Of a DNA stretch of 41,202 nt, positions 25,162-35,031 are shown piece by piece. Numbering within the stretch: position 1 is the stretch's first letter; each line of letters opens with the position of its first letter. The notes below the pieces were generated by a model. That model made no database searches, was not told the origin of the DNA, and saw only the letters and a program-made list of their open reading frames with translations. Location: contig JACDAN010000030.1 of the NCBI GenBank assembly GCA_013695385.1, positions 1-41,202 on the forward strand. Reading direction: 5' to 3'. A program made the position numbers and the translations under genes. The DNA is from Actinomycetota bacterium. Its GTDB lineage: Bacteria; Actinomycetota; Thermoleophilia; Gaiellales; Gaiellaceae.

Positions 25162-25204
25162 ACTCTTAATCCTAAGGTCGAAGGTTCGAATCCTTCACGG
25201 CCCA
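25162..25204 (+). repeat. att-like core, distal copy (partial tRNA-Lys 3' half)
   Basis: ACTCTTAATCCTAAGGTCGAAGGTTCGAATCCTTCACGGCCCA has one mismatch (T at 25173 versus C at 21579). There is no 5' half, so it is not a functional tRNA. Confidence 0.8.
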
Positions 25205-25263
25205 CCTCGACGTCCGAACTACCTGCTTACAGGTGCCTAACAGCGCACGACTAGGCTGCGAAC

Positions 25264-26196
25264 GTGAAAGCTCTGCGGCTGTTCCCGCTGGTCGCGCTCG
25301 TCCTCTTCCTCCCGGCCGCCGCATACTCGCCCGCAGGAGAGGCCCGGGTGGGCGCCGACTGCTCCGTCCGCTCGATCGGGCTCAGCGCACTCACCGATCT
25401 CGGAAAGAGGCGCTACCGCGGTCAGGTGGGCGGCCTCTATCCCAGCGGAGCGAACAAACCGCCGCGGCGGCACCTGCAGCGGGGCCTCGCCGCCGCGCGG
25501 CGGGTTCAGCCGATTCGAGGTCGTATCGGCTTCGTCGGACTCGGGATGTCGAACGCCATGCAGGAGTTCGCCGGCTTCACCCGTCTCGCCGGCCAAGACT
25601 CGTCGCTCAATCGGCGCCTGACGTTGGTCGAAGGCGCCGGCGGCGGCTGGGACGCAGTGCGAATGTCTCGGCCGGCGGCGAGGTTCTGGCCCGACCTCGA
25701 CGGTCGGCTCAGGCGCGCCGGGCTCAGCCGCGGGCAGGTTCAGGTCGTCTGGATCAAGCAGGCGATCGCGGGGGAGGATCGCCCGTTCCCCCAGGACGCC
25801 CGCGCACTGCAGACGCATCTTCGAACGCTCGTCCGCACGCTGGGCGAACGCTTTCCGAGGCTTCAGCTCGTCTACGTCTCGAGCCGGACTTTCGGCGGCT
25901 ACGCGATCACCCATCTGAACCCGGAGCCTTTCGCTTACGAAAGCGGCTTCGCAGCCAAATGGCTCGTCCAGGACAGCATCGCGGGCAAGGTGGGGCGCAT
26001 CTGGGTCGGCTGGGGTCCGTACCTCTGGACGGACGGTCTGGCCGGGAGACGCGACGGCCTGACATGGACGTGCGACGACGTCCAGCAAGATGGAACGTAT
26101 CCCTCGCCGGAGGGCGTCCGCAAGGTTGCACGGCTGCTCCACGACTTCTTCAAGGCTGATCCGACCACCAAGCTCTGGTACGCGCCCGCCGGCTGA
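25264..26196 (+). CDS. Secreted hypothetical protein
   Basis: GTG start and signal peptide MKALRLFPLVALVLFLPAAAYS. The GLGMSNAMQEF motif is faintly reminiscent of esterase GxSN blocks. I do not recognise a family. Confidence 0.6.
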   Translation: MKALRLFPLVALVLFLPAAAYSPAGEARVGADCSVRSIGLSALTDLGKRRYRGQVGGLYPSGANKPPRRHLQRGLAAARRVQPIRGRIGFVGLGMSNAMQEFAGFTRLAGQDSSLNRRLTLVEGAGGGWDAVRMSRPAARFWPDLDGRLRRAGLSRGQVQVVWIKQAIAGEDRPFPQDARALQTHLRTLVRTLGERFPRLQLVYVSSRTFGGYAITHLNPEPFAYESGFAAKWLVQDSIAGKVGRIWVGWGPYLWTDGLAGRRDGLTWTCDDVQQDGTYPSPEGVRKVARLLHDFFKADPTTKLWYAPAG

Positions 26197-26226
26197 CCGT
26201 TTTCCGGCCCCCGTAGGCTCCAGCCC

Positions 26227-27264
26227 GTGAAGGTCTTCTCGATCGTCGGGAATCGGCCGCAGTTCATCAAGTCCGGGCCGATGTCGCTCGCGCTTCGCGA
26301 CCGGGGAGTGGAGGAGATCGTCGTCCACACCGGGCAGCACTACGACCGAGAGCTCTCGGAGATCTTCTTCTCGGAGCTCGACCTGTCCCGGCCGGCCTAC
26401 GAGCTCGACCTCCGCACCGCGGATCCAACCAGGATCGAGGACGCTCTCGCCGAGCCGATCGCCACCGAGCAGCCGGACTGGGTGCTGGTGTACGGGGACA
26501 CGAACTCCACGCTCGCGGGAGCCAGAGCTGCGGGAGACACGTCAGTCGCGCACGTGGAGGCCGGGCTCCGAAGTGGCGATCTGGAGATGCCCGAGGAGCG
26601 AAATCGCATCGAGGTCGACCGCCGCTCCGCGCTGCTGCTCACCCCGGACGAGCGGTCGAAGGACGTGCTGGAAACGGAAGCCGTCTCCGGCCGAATCGAG
26701 GTCGTCGGCGACGTGATGGCGGACGCGAATCGCCGTTTCGCGCCGATTGCCCGCGAACACTCGACGATCCTTCAGGAGCTGCGCCTCGAACCCGGCGCCT
26801 ATGCCGTCGCCACCGTGCACCGGGAGGCAAACGTTCGCCCCGGCCGGCTCGGGCACATCCTCGAGGGCTTGTCCCGAGTAAGCGGGCCGGTGATCTTTCC
26901 CGCGCACCCCCGGGCACGCGAAGTCATTGCAAGTAACAGACTGTTACTTGGAACGAATCTCGCCCTCGTCGCTCCACAGGGGTACCTGGACTTCGCAGCC
27001 CTCGCCTCTCAGGCCAGGGTGATCCTCACCGACTCGGGGGGCCTCCAGAAGGAGGCGTACTGGTACGGCGTCCCCTGCGTGACTCTCCGTCCTTCGACGG
27101 AGTGGAAGGACACGGTGGAGCTCGGCGCGAACACTCTCGTCGACGACGATCCCGAGGCGATTGCCGAGGCAGCGGCGAAGGTGCGCATCTCCGCCGAGCG
27201 CCCGCCGCTCTACGGCGACGGGCACGCCGCCGAACGCATCGCTGACTTGCTCGTTAGCCTTTGA
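26227..27264 (+). CDS. UDP-N-acetylglucosamine 2-epimerase (non-hydrolysing; WecB/WbpI-like)
   Basis: Contains MKVFSIVGNRPQFIK...HTGQHYD...VYGDTNSTLAG...HVEAGLRS...PEERNR. Confidence 0.9.
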   Translation: MKVFSIVGNRPQFIKSGPMSLALRDRGVEEIVVHTGQHYDRELSEIFFSELDLSRPAYELDLRTADPTRIEDALAEPIATEQPDWVLVYGDTNSTLAGARAAGDTSVAHVEAGLRSGDLEMPEERNRIEVDRRSALLLTPDERSKDVLETEAVSGRIEVVGDVMADANRRFAPIAREHSTILQELRLEPGAYAVATVHREANVRPGRLGHILEGLSRVSGPVIFPAHPRAREVIASNRLLLGTNLALVAPQGYLDFAALASQARVILTDSGGLQKEAYWYGVPCVTLRPSTEWKDTVELGANTLVDDDPEAIAEAAAKVRISAERPPLYGDGHAAERIADLLVSL

Positions 27265-27266
27265 CA

Positions 27267-28577
27267 ATGCTTGAAGAGCGAACACAGCCCCAGGCGCCCG
27301 GAGAGCCGGAGACGCAGACCTGGGACGCCGCAGTCGTCGGCGCGGGCTACGTCGGGGTGCCCCTTGCGCACACGCTCGGATCCGCGGGCCGCTCCGTGAT
27401 CCTGATCGATGTCTCGGAGCAGGTCGTCGACGGACTGAACCGAGGCGAGAGCCACATCGTGGACGTGCCCTCCGAGCAGCTCGCGCCGCTCGTCGAGAGT
27501 GGCCGGATCCGAGCGACGACCGACTACGACGTCCTCCGAAATGCGGACGCGGTGCTGATCGCGCTTCCCACGCCGCTCTCGAAGCAACGCGAGCCCGATC
27601 TCTCGATCGTGATCGGGGCCGCCGAGCAGATCGCCGCCAGGCTCAAACGCGGGCACCTCGTGATCCTCGAGTCGACGACCTACCCACGGACGACGCGGGA
27701 CATCATCCGGCCGATCCTCGAACGGAGCGGGCTCGAGGCCGGCCGCGACTTCAGCCTCGCGTACTCGCCGGAGCGCGTCGACCCGGGCAACAGGGCGTGG
27801 ACGACGAAAACGGTCCCGAAGGTGGTCGGCGGAGTCACCCCCGAATGCACCGAGCGCGCGGCCAGGCTCTACGAGGGCGCCGTCGACACCGTCCACCGCG
27901 TTTCGACGCCGGAGGCGGCGGAGCTGACGAAGCTCCTGGAGAACATCTTTCGCTCGGTCAACATCGCGCTCGTCAACGAGCTTGCGCAGCTCTGCGAGCG
28001 GATGGAGATCGACGTCTGGGAGGTGATCGAGGCTGCGGCCACGAAGCCCTTCGGCTTCATGAGCTTTCAGCCGGGACCGGGCCTCGGCGGCCACTGCATC
28101 CCGATCGACCCCTTCTACCTGACCTGGAAGGCGCGCGAATACGACTTCGCGACCGAGTTCATCGAGCTTGCCGGGAAGGTGAACGAGAACATGCCGTACT
28201 ACTGCCGCTCGCTCGTCTCGCAGGCGCTGAACCACGGTCGCCAGCGCTCGCTGAGCGGCTCGAAGGTGCTCGTGCTCGGCGTCGCCTACAAGGCTGACAT
28301 CGGCGACACGCGCGAGTCGCCCGCGATCAAGCTGATCGAGCTGCTGCGAACCGCGGGGGCCGAGGTCGCCTACCACGATCCCTTCGTCCCACAGCTCTGC
28401 GAGGCCGAGCTGTCGTCGGTCGACCTCGATCCAGAGGCTCACGACTGCGTCGTGATCGTGACCGCCCACTCCCAGCTCGACTACGCCGACCTCGTCAGGC
28501 GCTCCCACGTCGTCGTCGATCTACGGAACGCGACCGGCAAGGAAGGGCGGGCGAATCCGAAGGTCTGGACGCTGTGA
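27267..28577 (+). CDS. UDP-N-acetyl-hexosamine 6-dehydrogenase (nucleotide-sugar dehydrogenase; WecC/WbpA-like)
   Basis: NAD fold VVGAGYVGVPLA and the catalytic Cys region GGHCIPIDP. The ATG at 27267 could be replaced by the TTG at 27261, which overlaps the upstream stop. Confidence 0.9.
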   Translation: MLEERTQPQAPGEPETQTWDAAVVGAGYVGVPLAHTLGSAGRSVILIDVSEQVVDGLNRGESHIVDVPSEQLAPLVESGRIRATTDYDVLRNADAVLIALPTPLSKQREPDLSIVIGAAEQIAARLKRGHLVILESTTYPRTTRDIIRPILERSGLEAGRDFSLAYSPERVDPGNRAWTTKTVPKVVGGVTPECTERAARLYEGAVDTVHRVSTPEAAELTKLLENIFRSVNIALVNELAQLCERMEIDVWEVIEAAATKPFGFMSFQPGPGLGGHCIPIDPFYLTWKAREYDFATEFIELAGKVNENMPYYCRSLVSQALNHGRQRSLSGSKVLVLGVAYKADIGDTRESPAIKLIELLRTAGAEVAYHDPFVPQLCEAELSSVDLDPEAHDCVVIVTAHSQLDYADLVRRSHVVVDLRNATGKEGRANPKVWTL

Positions 28578-29551
28578 TCCGGGTCGGCCTCGCCGGGCTC
28601 GGCTATTGGGGCCCGAACCTGGCACGCAACTTCGACGACCTCTCTGACCTCGTCTGGCTCTGCGACCTCTCGACAGACCTTCTCGAACGGTTCGGTGCGC
28701 GCTATCCGAACGCGAGGACAACAGCACGTTTCGAGGACCTGCTCGAGGACGAATCCCTGCAGGCCATCGTGGTCGCGACGCCTGTCACGACTCACTTCGA
28801 CCTCGCGCGCCAGGCGCTCGCAGCCGGCAAGCACGTGTTCGTCGAGAAGCCGCCCGCACTCTCGGCGAGCGAAGCCGACGAGCTCGTCGCCCTGGCCGAG
28901 GAGCACGACCTCGTTTTGCTCCCGGGGCATCTCCTTCTCTACCACCCAGCGGTCGCCAAGATGAAGGCGCTGATCGACTCCGGCGAGCTCGGCGACATCC
29001 GGTACCTCTATGGGAACCGCCAGAACCTCGGCCAGATCCGGATCGACGAGAACGCACTCTGGTCGCTCGGCGTCCACGACCTCTCCGTGATCCTCCATCT
29101 CCTCGGAGAGGAGCCGATCGAGGTCTGGGCCCGAGGCGAGTCGTTCATCCACAAGGGTGTCGAGGACGTCGTGTTCTGTTACCTCCGCTTCCCGTCCGGG
29201 GTCGTCGCGCACATGCATCTGTCATGGCTCGACCCGCACAAGATGCGGAAGATGACCGTGGTCGGCTCCAAGAAGATGGCCGTCTTCGACGACATGGAGC
29301 TCGAGCGGAAGGTGACCGTCTACGACAAAGGAACCGAGCAGCGGGCCGAGAGCTATGGGGAGTGGCGGACCCGGACGGGCGACATCTACATCCCGAAGAT
29401 CCCGAACGACGAGCCTCTGCGCCTGGAGTGCCGACACTTCCTCTCGCTGGCCGCCGGTGACGGCGACCAGATGACGGCGGCGCGCGAGGGAGCAGTAGTC
29501 GTGCGCGTGCTCGAGCAGCTGCAAGCCTCCCTCGAGCGAGCGCCGGTCTGA
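28574..29551 (+). CDS. Gfo/Idh/MocA-family oxidoreductase (WbpB-like)
   Basis: The GTG overlaps the upstream TGA. Contains VGLAGLGYWGPNLARN and the EKP motif FVEKPPA. Confidence 0.85.
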   Translation: MIRVGLAGLGYWGPNLARNFDDLSDLVWLCDLSTDLLERFGARYPNARTTARFEDLLEDESLQAIVVATPVTTHFDLARQALAAGKHVFVEKPPALSASEADELVALAEEHDLVLLPGHLLLYHPAVAKMKALIDSGELGDIRYLYGNRQNLGQIRIDENALWSLGVHDLSVILHLLGEEPIEVWARGESFIHKGVEDVVFCYLRFPSGVVAHMHLSWLDPHKMRKMTVVGSKKMAVFDDMELERKVTVYDKGTEQRAESYGEWRTRTGDIYIPKIPNDEPLRLECRHFLSLAAGDGDQMTAAREGAVVVRVLEQLQASLERAPV

Positions 29552-29628
29552 GCTTCCAGACCGGACAGAACGTCGTCGTCTACCCCGGCACCGTCATCGG
29601 GGAGAGCTGCCAGATCGGCGACAACGTC

Positions 29629-30198
29629 GTGCTCGGCAAGCAGCCTGCGCTCTCCCCGCGCTCGACAGCGCCACGGGACGAGCTGCCGCCGCTCGAGCTC
29701 GGCGAAGGCACGATCGTCTCGGCCGGCGCGATCGTGTTCGCGGGGACGAAGATCGGCGCTCGGGTCATCCTTGGCGACCAGAGCTGCGTGCGGGAACGGT
29801 GCGAGCTCGGCGACGACGTCGTGGTCGGTCGTGGATCGCTCGTCGAGAACGACACGACGATCGGTGCGCGGACGAAGATCCAGGCGAACGCCTACGTGAC
29901 CGCCTACTCCACCCTCGAGGAGGACGTGTTCATCGCGCCGTGCGTGGCGACGACGAACGACAACTTCATGGGGCGGACCGAAGAGCGGCATGCCCTGCGC
30001 AAGGGCCCGACGATCCGCCGTGGAGCTCGAATAGGCGGCGGCGCCGTGATCCTCCCCGGAATCGAGATCGGCGAGGAGGCGTTCGTCGGCGCGGGAGCGA
30101 TCGTGACCCGCAACGTCCCAGCCAGGGCCGTGGTCGTCGGCAGCCCCGCGCGGCAGATCCGCGAAGTCCCGGAGGATGAGCTGCTCGGGCAGCCCTAG
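29629..30198 (+). CDS. Left-handed beta-helix (hexapeptide) acyl/acetyltransferase (WbpD-like); true start probably upstream
   Basis: Hexapeptide repeats run throughout. The first canonical start is the GTG at 29629, but hexapeptide-like coding continues in frame back to the CTG at 29548. Confidence 0.8.
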   Translation: MLGKQPALSPRSTAPRDELPPLELGEGTIVSAGAIVFAGTKIGARVILGDQSCVRERCELGDDVVVGRGSLVENDTTIGARTKIQANAYVTAYSTLEEDVFIAPCVATTNDNFMGRTEERHALRKGPTIRRGARIGGGAVILPGIEIGEEAFVGAGAIVTRNVPARAVVVGSPARQIREVPEDELLGQP

Positions 30199-31826
30199 CG
30201 CCGAACGATGCGGAGGAGGTAGGGCGTCGCGCCCGGCCCCGCGATCTTGACCTGCAGGTAGTAGACGCCCGCCTTCCGCGCGCGATAGCGGACGACCTCC
30301 ACACCACTGGCGCCTGCCACCGGTCGTGATCCGGCGACGGCCAGCGACCTCACGTCGTCCACACGACGCGTTCCCGGTCTCCAGAGGACGACGTCGACGG
30401 CGGCATCCGCCTGGCTGAGCGTCGCCACCAAGCGGCCACGGCGCCGCAGACGAATGGCGTAGACGTCGTTCGGGTCGTCCCAGAAGTCGAGCGAGGCCGG
30501 AAGGTTGACCGTTTTCCTGCGAACCCGGGCTGCATGGCTTCCGGCGTCGTCGTTGGTCTCGAATTGGTCCACCGTCGCAAAGCGACCTGCGTGATCCACT
30601 GCTGCGGCGACGTCCAGCCGGCCCCAACCGCTCGTTGCGTCACGGCCCTCGGTACAACGGCGGCAGCCGGTCGCCGGGGTCATGTCGGTCGACGTTCGCT
30701 CGATCAGGCTGACGATCTGGCCCGCGCGCAGACCAGGCCAGGATGCGCGCACGAGCACCGCGCCGGCCGAAACGACGGCTGCCGCGAATGAGGTCCCCTG
30801 CGCGCGGCGATACTCGGAAGGCCCGCACTCCGAGTACCCCTGCGCATCACAACTCGGGTTCAGGGCCGTGAGCCCCCGCGGCAGTGTCGAGAAGAGCTCG
30901 TCACCCGGTGCCGCGATGTCGTTGTAGATCGGATCTCGATTGGAGAAGGCCGGGACCGACCCGTCCCGCGCCATCGCGCTGACGCCGAGGACGTGGGGCA
31001 GCGCAGCCGGGTAGCTTGCGTAGCGCCATGGCTGCTCGGGGGCCTGGTCGCCGTTCCCGACGGCTGCCACGACGATGACGCCCTTCCGTACGGCGTACTC
31101 GACCGCGCTCGCCTCCAGCCGGGAGAAGCCGTCTCGCGATGCGTCCTGTGGATCGCGAATGCCACCGAGACTGAGGTTGATCACCCGGGCATGGTTGTCC
31201 ACCGCCCAGCGGATCGCACGAGCCTCGGCCTCGAGCGGAACGACCCCGTCGGAGCGCACGACCTTCGCCACGAGCAGCTGGGCGGGGAACGCCATGCCGG
31301 CGATCCCCTCGTCATTGTTCAGCGACGCCGCGATCAGACCGGCGATGAACGTCCCGTGGCCCTGCAGATCCGTCCGAGCCGACCCGCCGACGAAGCTGCG
31401 GGCGGCGGCAATCCTTCCTGCCGGAAACTCGGGGTGCCCCGCGTCGATTCCCGAGTCGATGACAGCGACCCGCATTCCCGGCAGCGTCGGCCGCTGTGCC
31501 CAGGCCCGGAACGCATTGACGGCCTGGAGGTGCCACTGGCGGGGGGCCAGAGGGTCGTTGGGAGTGAACGCGAGCCTGCGACCGCGGCCCTCGAGCCGCT
31601 CCACGTACGCCACGCCGGGAAGCCGCGCTATCCCGCGGGCGCCGCGTGCCTCGAGGACGAAGGCGAACGGCGCCAAGGGCTCGACCGTCCCGCCGGTCCG
31701 CCATTCGACGGCCGCACCGAGCCGTTCGACATTCGCGCCCGGTGCAACACCGACGGCGAAGCGGGCCGCGTCCGCACCGGCGGGGAGCGCCAGCGCGAGG
31801 GCCGCGGCGGCGAAAACAGGCCTCAC
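30195..31826 (-). CDS. Secreted subtilisin-like (S8) serine protease with a C-terminal beta domain
   Basis: Signal peptide [20 protein letters not shown]. Catalytic triad contexts are [16 protein letters not shown] and GTSFAAA. Confidence 0.85.
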   Translation of the reverse strand: MRPVFAAAALALALPAGADAARFAVGVAPGANVERLGAAVEWRTGGTVEPLAPFAFVLEARGARGIARLPGVAYVERLEGRGRRLAFTPNDPLAPRQWHLQAVNAFRAWAQRPTLPGMRVAVIDSGIDAGHPEFPAGRIAAARSFVGGSARTDLQGHGTFIAGLIAASLNNDEGIAGMAFPAQLLVAKVVRSDGVVPLEAEARAIRWAVDNHARVINLSLGGIRDPQDASRDGFSRLEASAVEYAVRKGVIVVAAVGNGDQAPEQPWRYASYPAALPHVLGVSAMARDGSVPAFSNRDPIYNDIAAPGDELFSTLPRGLTALNPSCDAQGYSECGPSEYRRAQGTSFAAAVVSAGAVLVRASWPGLRAGQIVSLIERTSTDMTPATGCRRCTEGRDATSGWGRLDVAAAVDHAGRFATVDQFETNDDAGSHAARVRRKTVNLPASLDFWDDPNDVYAIRLRRRGRLVATLSQADAAVDVVLWRPGTRRVDDVRSLAVAGSRPVAGASGVEVVRYRARKAGVYYLQVKIAGPGATPYLLRIVRR

Positions 31827-33460
31827 GGAGCCACCACCAGCGCCGGGCTGGTGCCTGCCACGAGGCCGCGACCCGGAGATGCGACCACAGCTCGGTAGCT
31901 GCCCGGCTGAACATCGACCCGTGCCGAAAAGGTGCCGCCTTCGACGATCGTCGTCTTCGCAACCGTTCGCCAGGACTGGCCGGCGAGTCGCTGAAGCTCC
32001 ACCGCTGCTCCCACGATCCCGGGTTTCACGACGCCGTTCAACTCCATGAGGTCGACCGCGGGGTTCAGCCGCACCTGTGGTGCGACCCCCAGGCGGATAG
32101 CAGCCGTTCGGACGGCGCCGGCGGCGACGCGATACTCGGCCGTCGCCGTCGGGCGGACGGCAACGGCGAACGTCCCGTCACGAGCAGGCTTCGGCGTGGC
32201 AACGCCTCGCCACCCGGAGGGGCCGCGGTGCTCGAGCGCAACCCGTTCGAGGCCGCGGGCGATTCCCGCCAGGCGGGTGGTGGTGCCGAAGACGTGAGGT
32301 TTCGTCGGCGTCGGCAGTGCGAGAACTCCTACGCGGAACCAGGACGACCGGAGGTCGAGCTCTCGCCGGAGGTCCCCTCCGCGCGCCGAGCCCTCTCCAC
32401 GGGATCCCATGCCGATCACGGTGTCGACGCGCGACGAAGCGTTCACCGTTGTCCTGACATCGAGCAAGCGGCCGGGAACTTTGAGCACCCGCCGCAGCCG
32501 CGCGGCGGGAACGGCGATCGGGCCCCAGGTGTGATGCGGAGAGATCGAGTCGTACGGATCGTCCACCGCGACGAGGTAGGGCGTCGGCTTCGAGCCGGGC
32601 CAGACGTCGGCGACGGAGGCCGTGCGCCCCCCCGAGGTCGAGTGAAAATAGGCGATCACGAGTCGCGTTCCGTGCATGAGCACCTCACCGGCCGTCTCGT
32701 CGACCGCGGCGTTCGTCGACTCCTCCTCCTCGTCGATCCCGCGGTAGACCTGGCTTCTCACGTCGGGGAAGAGATCGAACGCCCCGCCCGTCTTCTTCGT
32801 GGCGAGCGCATAGGAGCGAGCCGCCACCGCCTGGGCCTTCAGGACCTCGGCGGGCCAGTGGTCGGGGACCTCGGCGGGGACCACGCCGTACAGGTACTGC
32901 TCCAGGCCGACGACGTTGATTGCTCGAAGCCTGCGACCGGTGACGTCCACCTGGATCGCCCCACGGTACGGACGCCCGAATCTCAGTGGCTCGTTGCCCG
33001 GGAGAAAGACAAGCGGCCCCTCGAGCGCTTTCGATTTCTTCATCCCCTTCGCCTTGAGCTTCAGTCCCGGGCCGAAGACGTGCTTGCCGGCGTCCAGCGC
33101 ACGGGTCTTCCCGGTCGCATCGCGGACACGGAACGGCGCCTCGGAGGAGATCGTCAACGACGGCTTGCTCCCCGCAAGCAGGACTCGAACCTTTGCGACT
33201 GGCGCACCGCCGATCGTGGTACCACGGTAGTAGTGCCCGAGGATCCGGCGATAGTCGTAGCCGCGGCGTGCCAGGCCATGGGCTCCCCACTGGCTCATCC
33301 CGACTCCGTGGCCCCAGCCGCGGCCCGTGATCACGAAGACAGGGTCGCCGGCCCGCATGGCAGGCGTCTCCTGCCTCCCTCGCTGGGGTCTGGCCAGGGC
33401 GAGGCCCACCACGAGGAGCGCAGCGAGGACGCCGGCTATGAGGGCGAGGCCGCGAGACAT
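31823..33460 (-). CDS. SpoIID/LytB-domain protein (lytic transglycosylase / amidase-enhancer family)
   Basis: N-terminal TM anchor. Contains [11 protein letters not shown] and ...[31 protein letters not shown]. The stop overlaps the S8 GTG start. Confidence 0.85.
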   Translation of the reverse strand: MSRGLALIAGVLAALLVVGLALARPQRGRQETPAMRAGDPVFVITGRGWGHGVGMSQWGAHGLARRGYDYRRILGHYYRGTTIGGAPVAKVRVLLAGSKPSLTISSEAPFRVRDATGKTRALDAGKHVFGPGLKLKAKGMKKSKALEGPLVFLPGNEPLRFGRPYRGAIQVDVTGRRLRAINVVGLEQYLYGVVPAEVPDHWPAEVLKAQAVAARSYALATKKTGGAFDLFPDVRSQVYRGIDEEEESTNAAVDETAGEVLMHGTRLVIAYFHSTSGGRTASVADVWPGSKPTPYLVAVDDPYDSISPHHTWGPIAVPAARLRRVLKVPGRLLDVRTTVNASSRVDTVIGMGSRGEGSARGGDLRRELDLRSSWFRVGVLALPTPTKPHVFGTTTRLAGIARGLERVALEHRGPSGWRGVATPKPARDGTFAVAVRPTATAEYRVAAGAVRTAAIRLGVAPQVRLNPAVDLMELNGVVKPGIVGAAVELQRLAGQSWRTVAKTTIVEGGTFSARVDVQPGSYRAVVASPGRGLVAGTSPALVVAP

Positions 33461-33588
33461 GATCGTGAGTGACCCGAGTTCCGTGGAACTCCGTCTGAGG
33501 CTAGCGGATCCCTCTACGGATCCCAGTGACGCAAACGGTTTCCTAACACGGCAAGTTTCTCCTGCACCTCACCGGGAAAACTCTTGCC

Positions 33589-35022
33589 GTGACGTCTCGC
33601 TCCGACATCCTTCCGCCTCGATACCGGGACGCGGAACACATCGCTCGCGGGGGAATGGGCGATGTCTACCGCGCGACCGACACCGATCTCGGGCGCACCG
33701 TGGCCGTCAAGGTCCTGGGCGATCGCTACTCGGGCGACGAAGGCGTCCGCGAGCGCTTCAAGCGTGAGGCGCTCGCGGCAGCGCGGCTCTCCGGCACTCC
33801 GAACATCGTCACGATCTTCGACGTCGGGGAGTGGAAGGAGAGCCCCTATATCGTCATGGAGTTCCTCGAGGGCGGTTCCCTGGAAGACCTCCTGAAGGCG
33901 GGCGGCGCTCAAGACCCCGCCGACGTCCTGCGGTGGCTGTCTCAGACGGCAACCGCGCTCGATGCTGCTCACGAGGCGGGAATCGTCCACCGGGACGTCA
34001 AGCCCGGCAACATCCTGCTCGACGCTCGCGGGGAAGTGCGTGTCGCGGACTTCGGCGTTGCGAGCGCTTTCGGCCTCGACTCGATGACGATGGCGGGAAC
34101 GGTGCTCGGAACCGCCGGCTATCTCTCGCCGGAGCAGGCGCGCGGCGAGCGGGCGACCCCGGCGAGCGACCGTTATGCGCTCGGCGTCGTCGCTTTCGAA
34201 CTGCTGACCGGCGAAAGGCCATTTGCTTCCGAGACCCCGACCGCAGAGGCCGCGGCGCACGTTCACGCACCGATCCCTTCGCTCTGCGACCGGGCGGACG
34301 TGCCGTGCGAACTCGACCCGGTCTTGCGGCGCGGACTGGCAAAAGATCCGGCTGACCGCTATGCGAGCTCGGCGGACTTCGTCGTCGCGCTGAGGGAGGG
34401 ACTCGCCACCGCCGCGGGCGCCACCGGACAGATCGCGGCGGTGCGGGAAGCGACCTACGCTGCGCCGTCCCCTCGGCCGCAGAGAGGTCGGCCGAACGCG
34501 GCCGTGTGGATCGGCCTCGCCCTCCTGGCGCTCCTGGCACTCGGCGGCGGGCTTGCCGTGGCCGGGGTAATCGGTGGGGACGATGACAAGCCCTCGGCCC
34601 AGACGGTGGTCAAAACCCTCACGCGGGTGACCACAGAGGAGGGCAAGCCGACGACGACCGAGCGGCGCGTCACCGTCACGGCGCCGGCGCCCGCTCCTCC
34701 CCCCTCGCCGCCGCCAACCGCGACGACAGCTCCGGCAACGACCGGGGCCGCCCCGTCCGGCGGAAGTGGAGTGCAGCTCACCGATCAGTCGACGGCGCTT
34801 CTTCGTCAGGGGAAGTGGGCCGAGGCGGAGGCCGTCGCCCGACGCGCGGTCGACGCGCTCAGCGGGTCGGGCGAGCTCTACGAGGCGTATGCGAATTACA
34901 ACCTCGGGCGAGCACTCGTCGAGCAAGACCGATGCGACGAGGCGCTTCCCCACCTTGCCCTCTCGGAGCAGATCCAGGGCAGCAGAAGCGAGATTCGGGA
35001 CGCGCGCGCCAAGTGTGCCTAA
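33589..35022 (+). CDS. Transmembrane Ser/Thr protein kinase with a Pro/Thr-rich linker and TPR-like ectodomain
   Basis: Hanks motifs are GGMGDVY, VAVK, HRDVKPGNILL, DFG and SPE. One TM segment (AVWIGLALLALLALGGGLAVAGVI) is present. No PASTA repeats. Confidence 0.9.
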   Translation: MTSRSDILPPRYRDAEHIARGGMGDVYRATDTDLGRTVAVKVLGDRYSGDEGVRERFKREALAAARLSGTPNIVTIFDVGEWKESPYIVMEFLEGGSLEDLLKAGGAQDPADVLRWLSQTATALDAAHEAGIVHRDVKPGNILLDARGEVRVADFGVASAFGLDSMTMAGTVLGTAGYLSPEQARGERATPASDRYALGVVAFELLTGERPFASETPTAEAAAHVHAPIPSLCDRADVPCELDPVLRRGLAKDPADRYASSADFVVALREGLATAAGATGQIAAVREATYAAPSPRPQRGRPNAAVWIGLALLALLALGGGLAVAGVIGGDDDKPSAQTVVKTLTRVTTEEGKPTTTERRVTVTAPAPAPPPSPPPTATTAPATTGAAPSGGSGVQLTDQSTALLRQGKWAEAEAVARRAVDALSGSGELYEAYANYNLGRALVEQDRCDEALPHLALSEQIQGSRSEIRDARAKCA

Positions 35023-35031
35023 GCTAGGCCG

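Larger units (their letters stand above)
21611..25204 (+). mobile_element. Integrase-less remnant of a tRNA-Lys-integrated islet (possibly two tandem modules)
   Basis: It is bounded by the intact tRNA 3' end and a 43-nt direct copy. An internal 10-nt core fragment lies at 24115-24124. No recombinase ORF is recognisable in any frame. Confidence 0.5.

Noticed and set aside
31646-33472. 608-aa plus-strand ORF opposite SpoIID, and likewise 27210..28508 (-), 29386..30627 (-), 25237..26340 (-) and 38978..40684 (-)
   Set aside because: All are antisense or alternative-frame shadows of genes with clear family signatures, and all have Arg/Pro/Gly-dominated composition.
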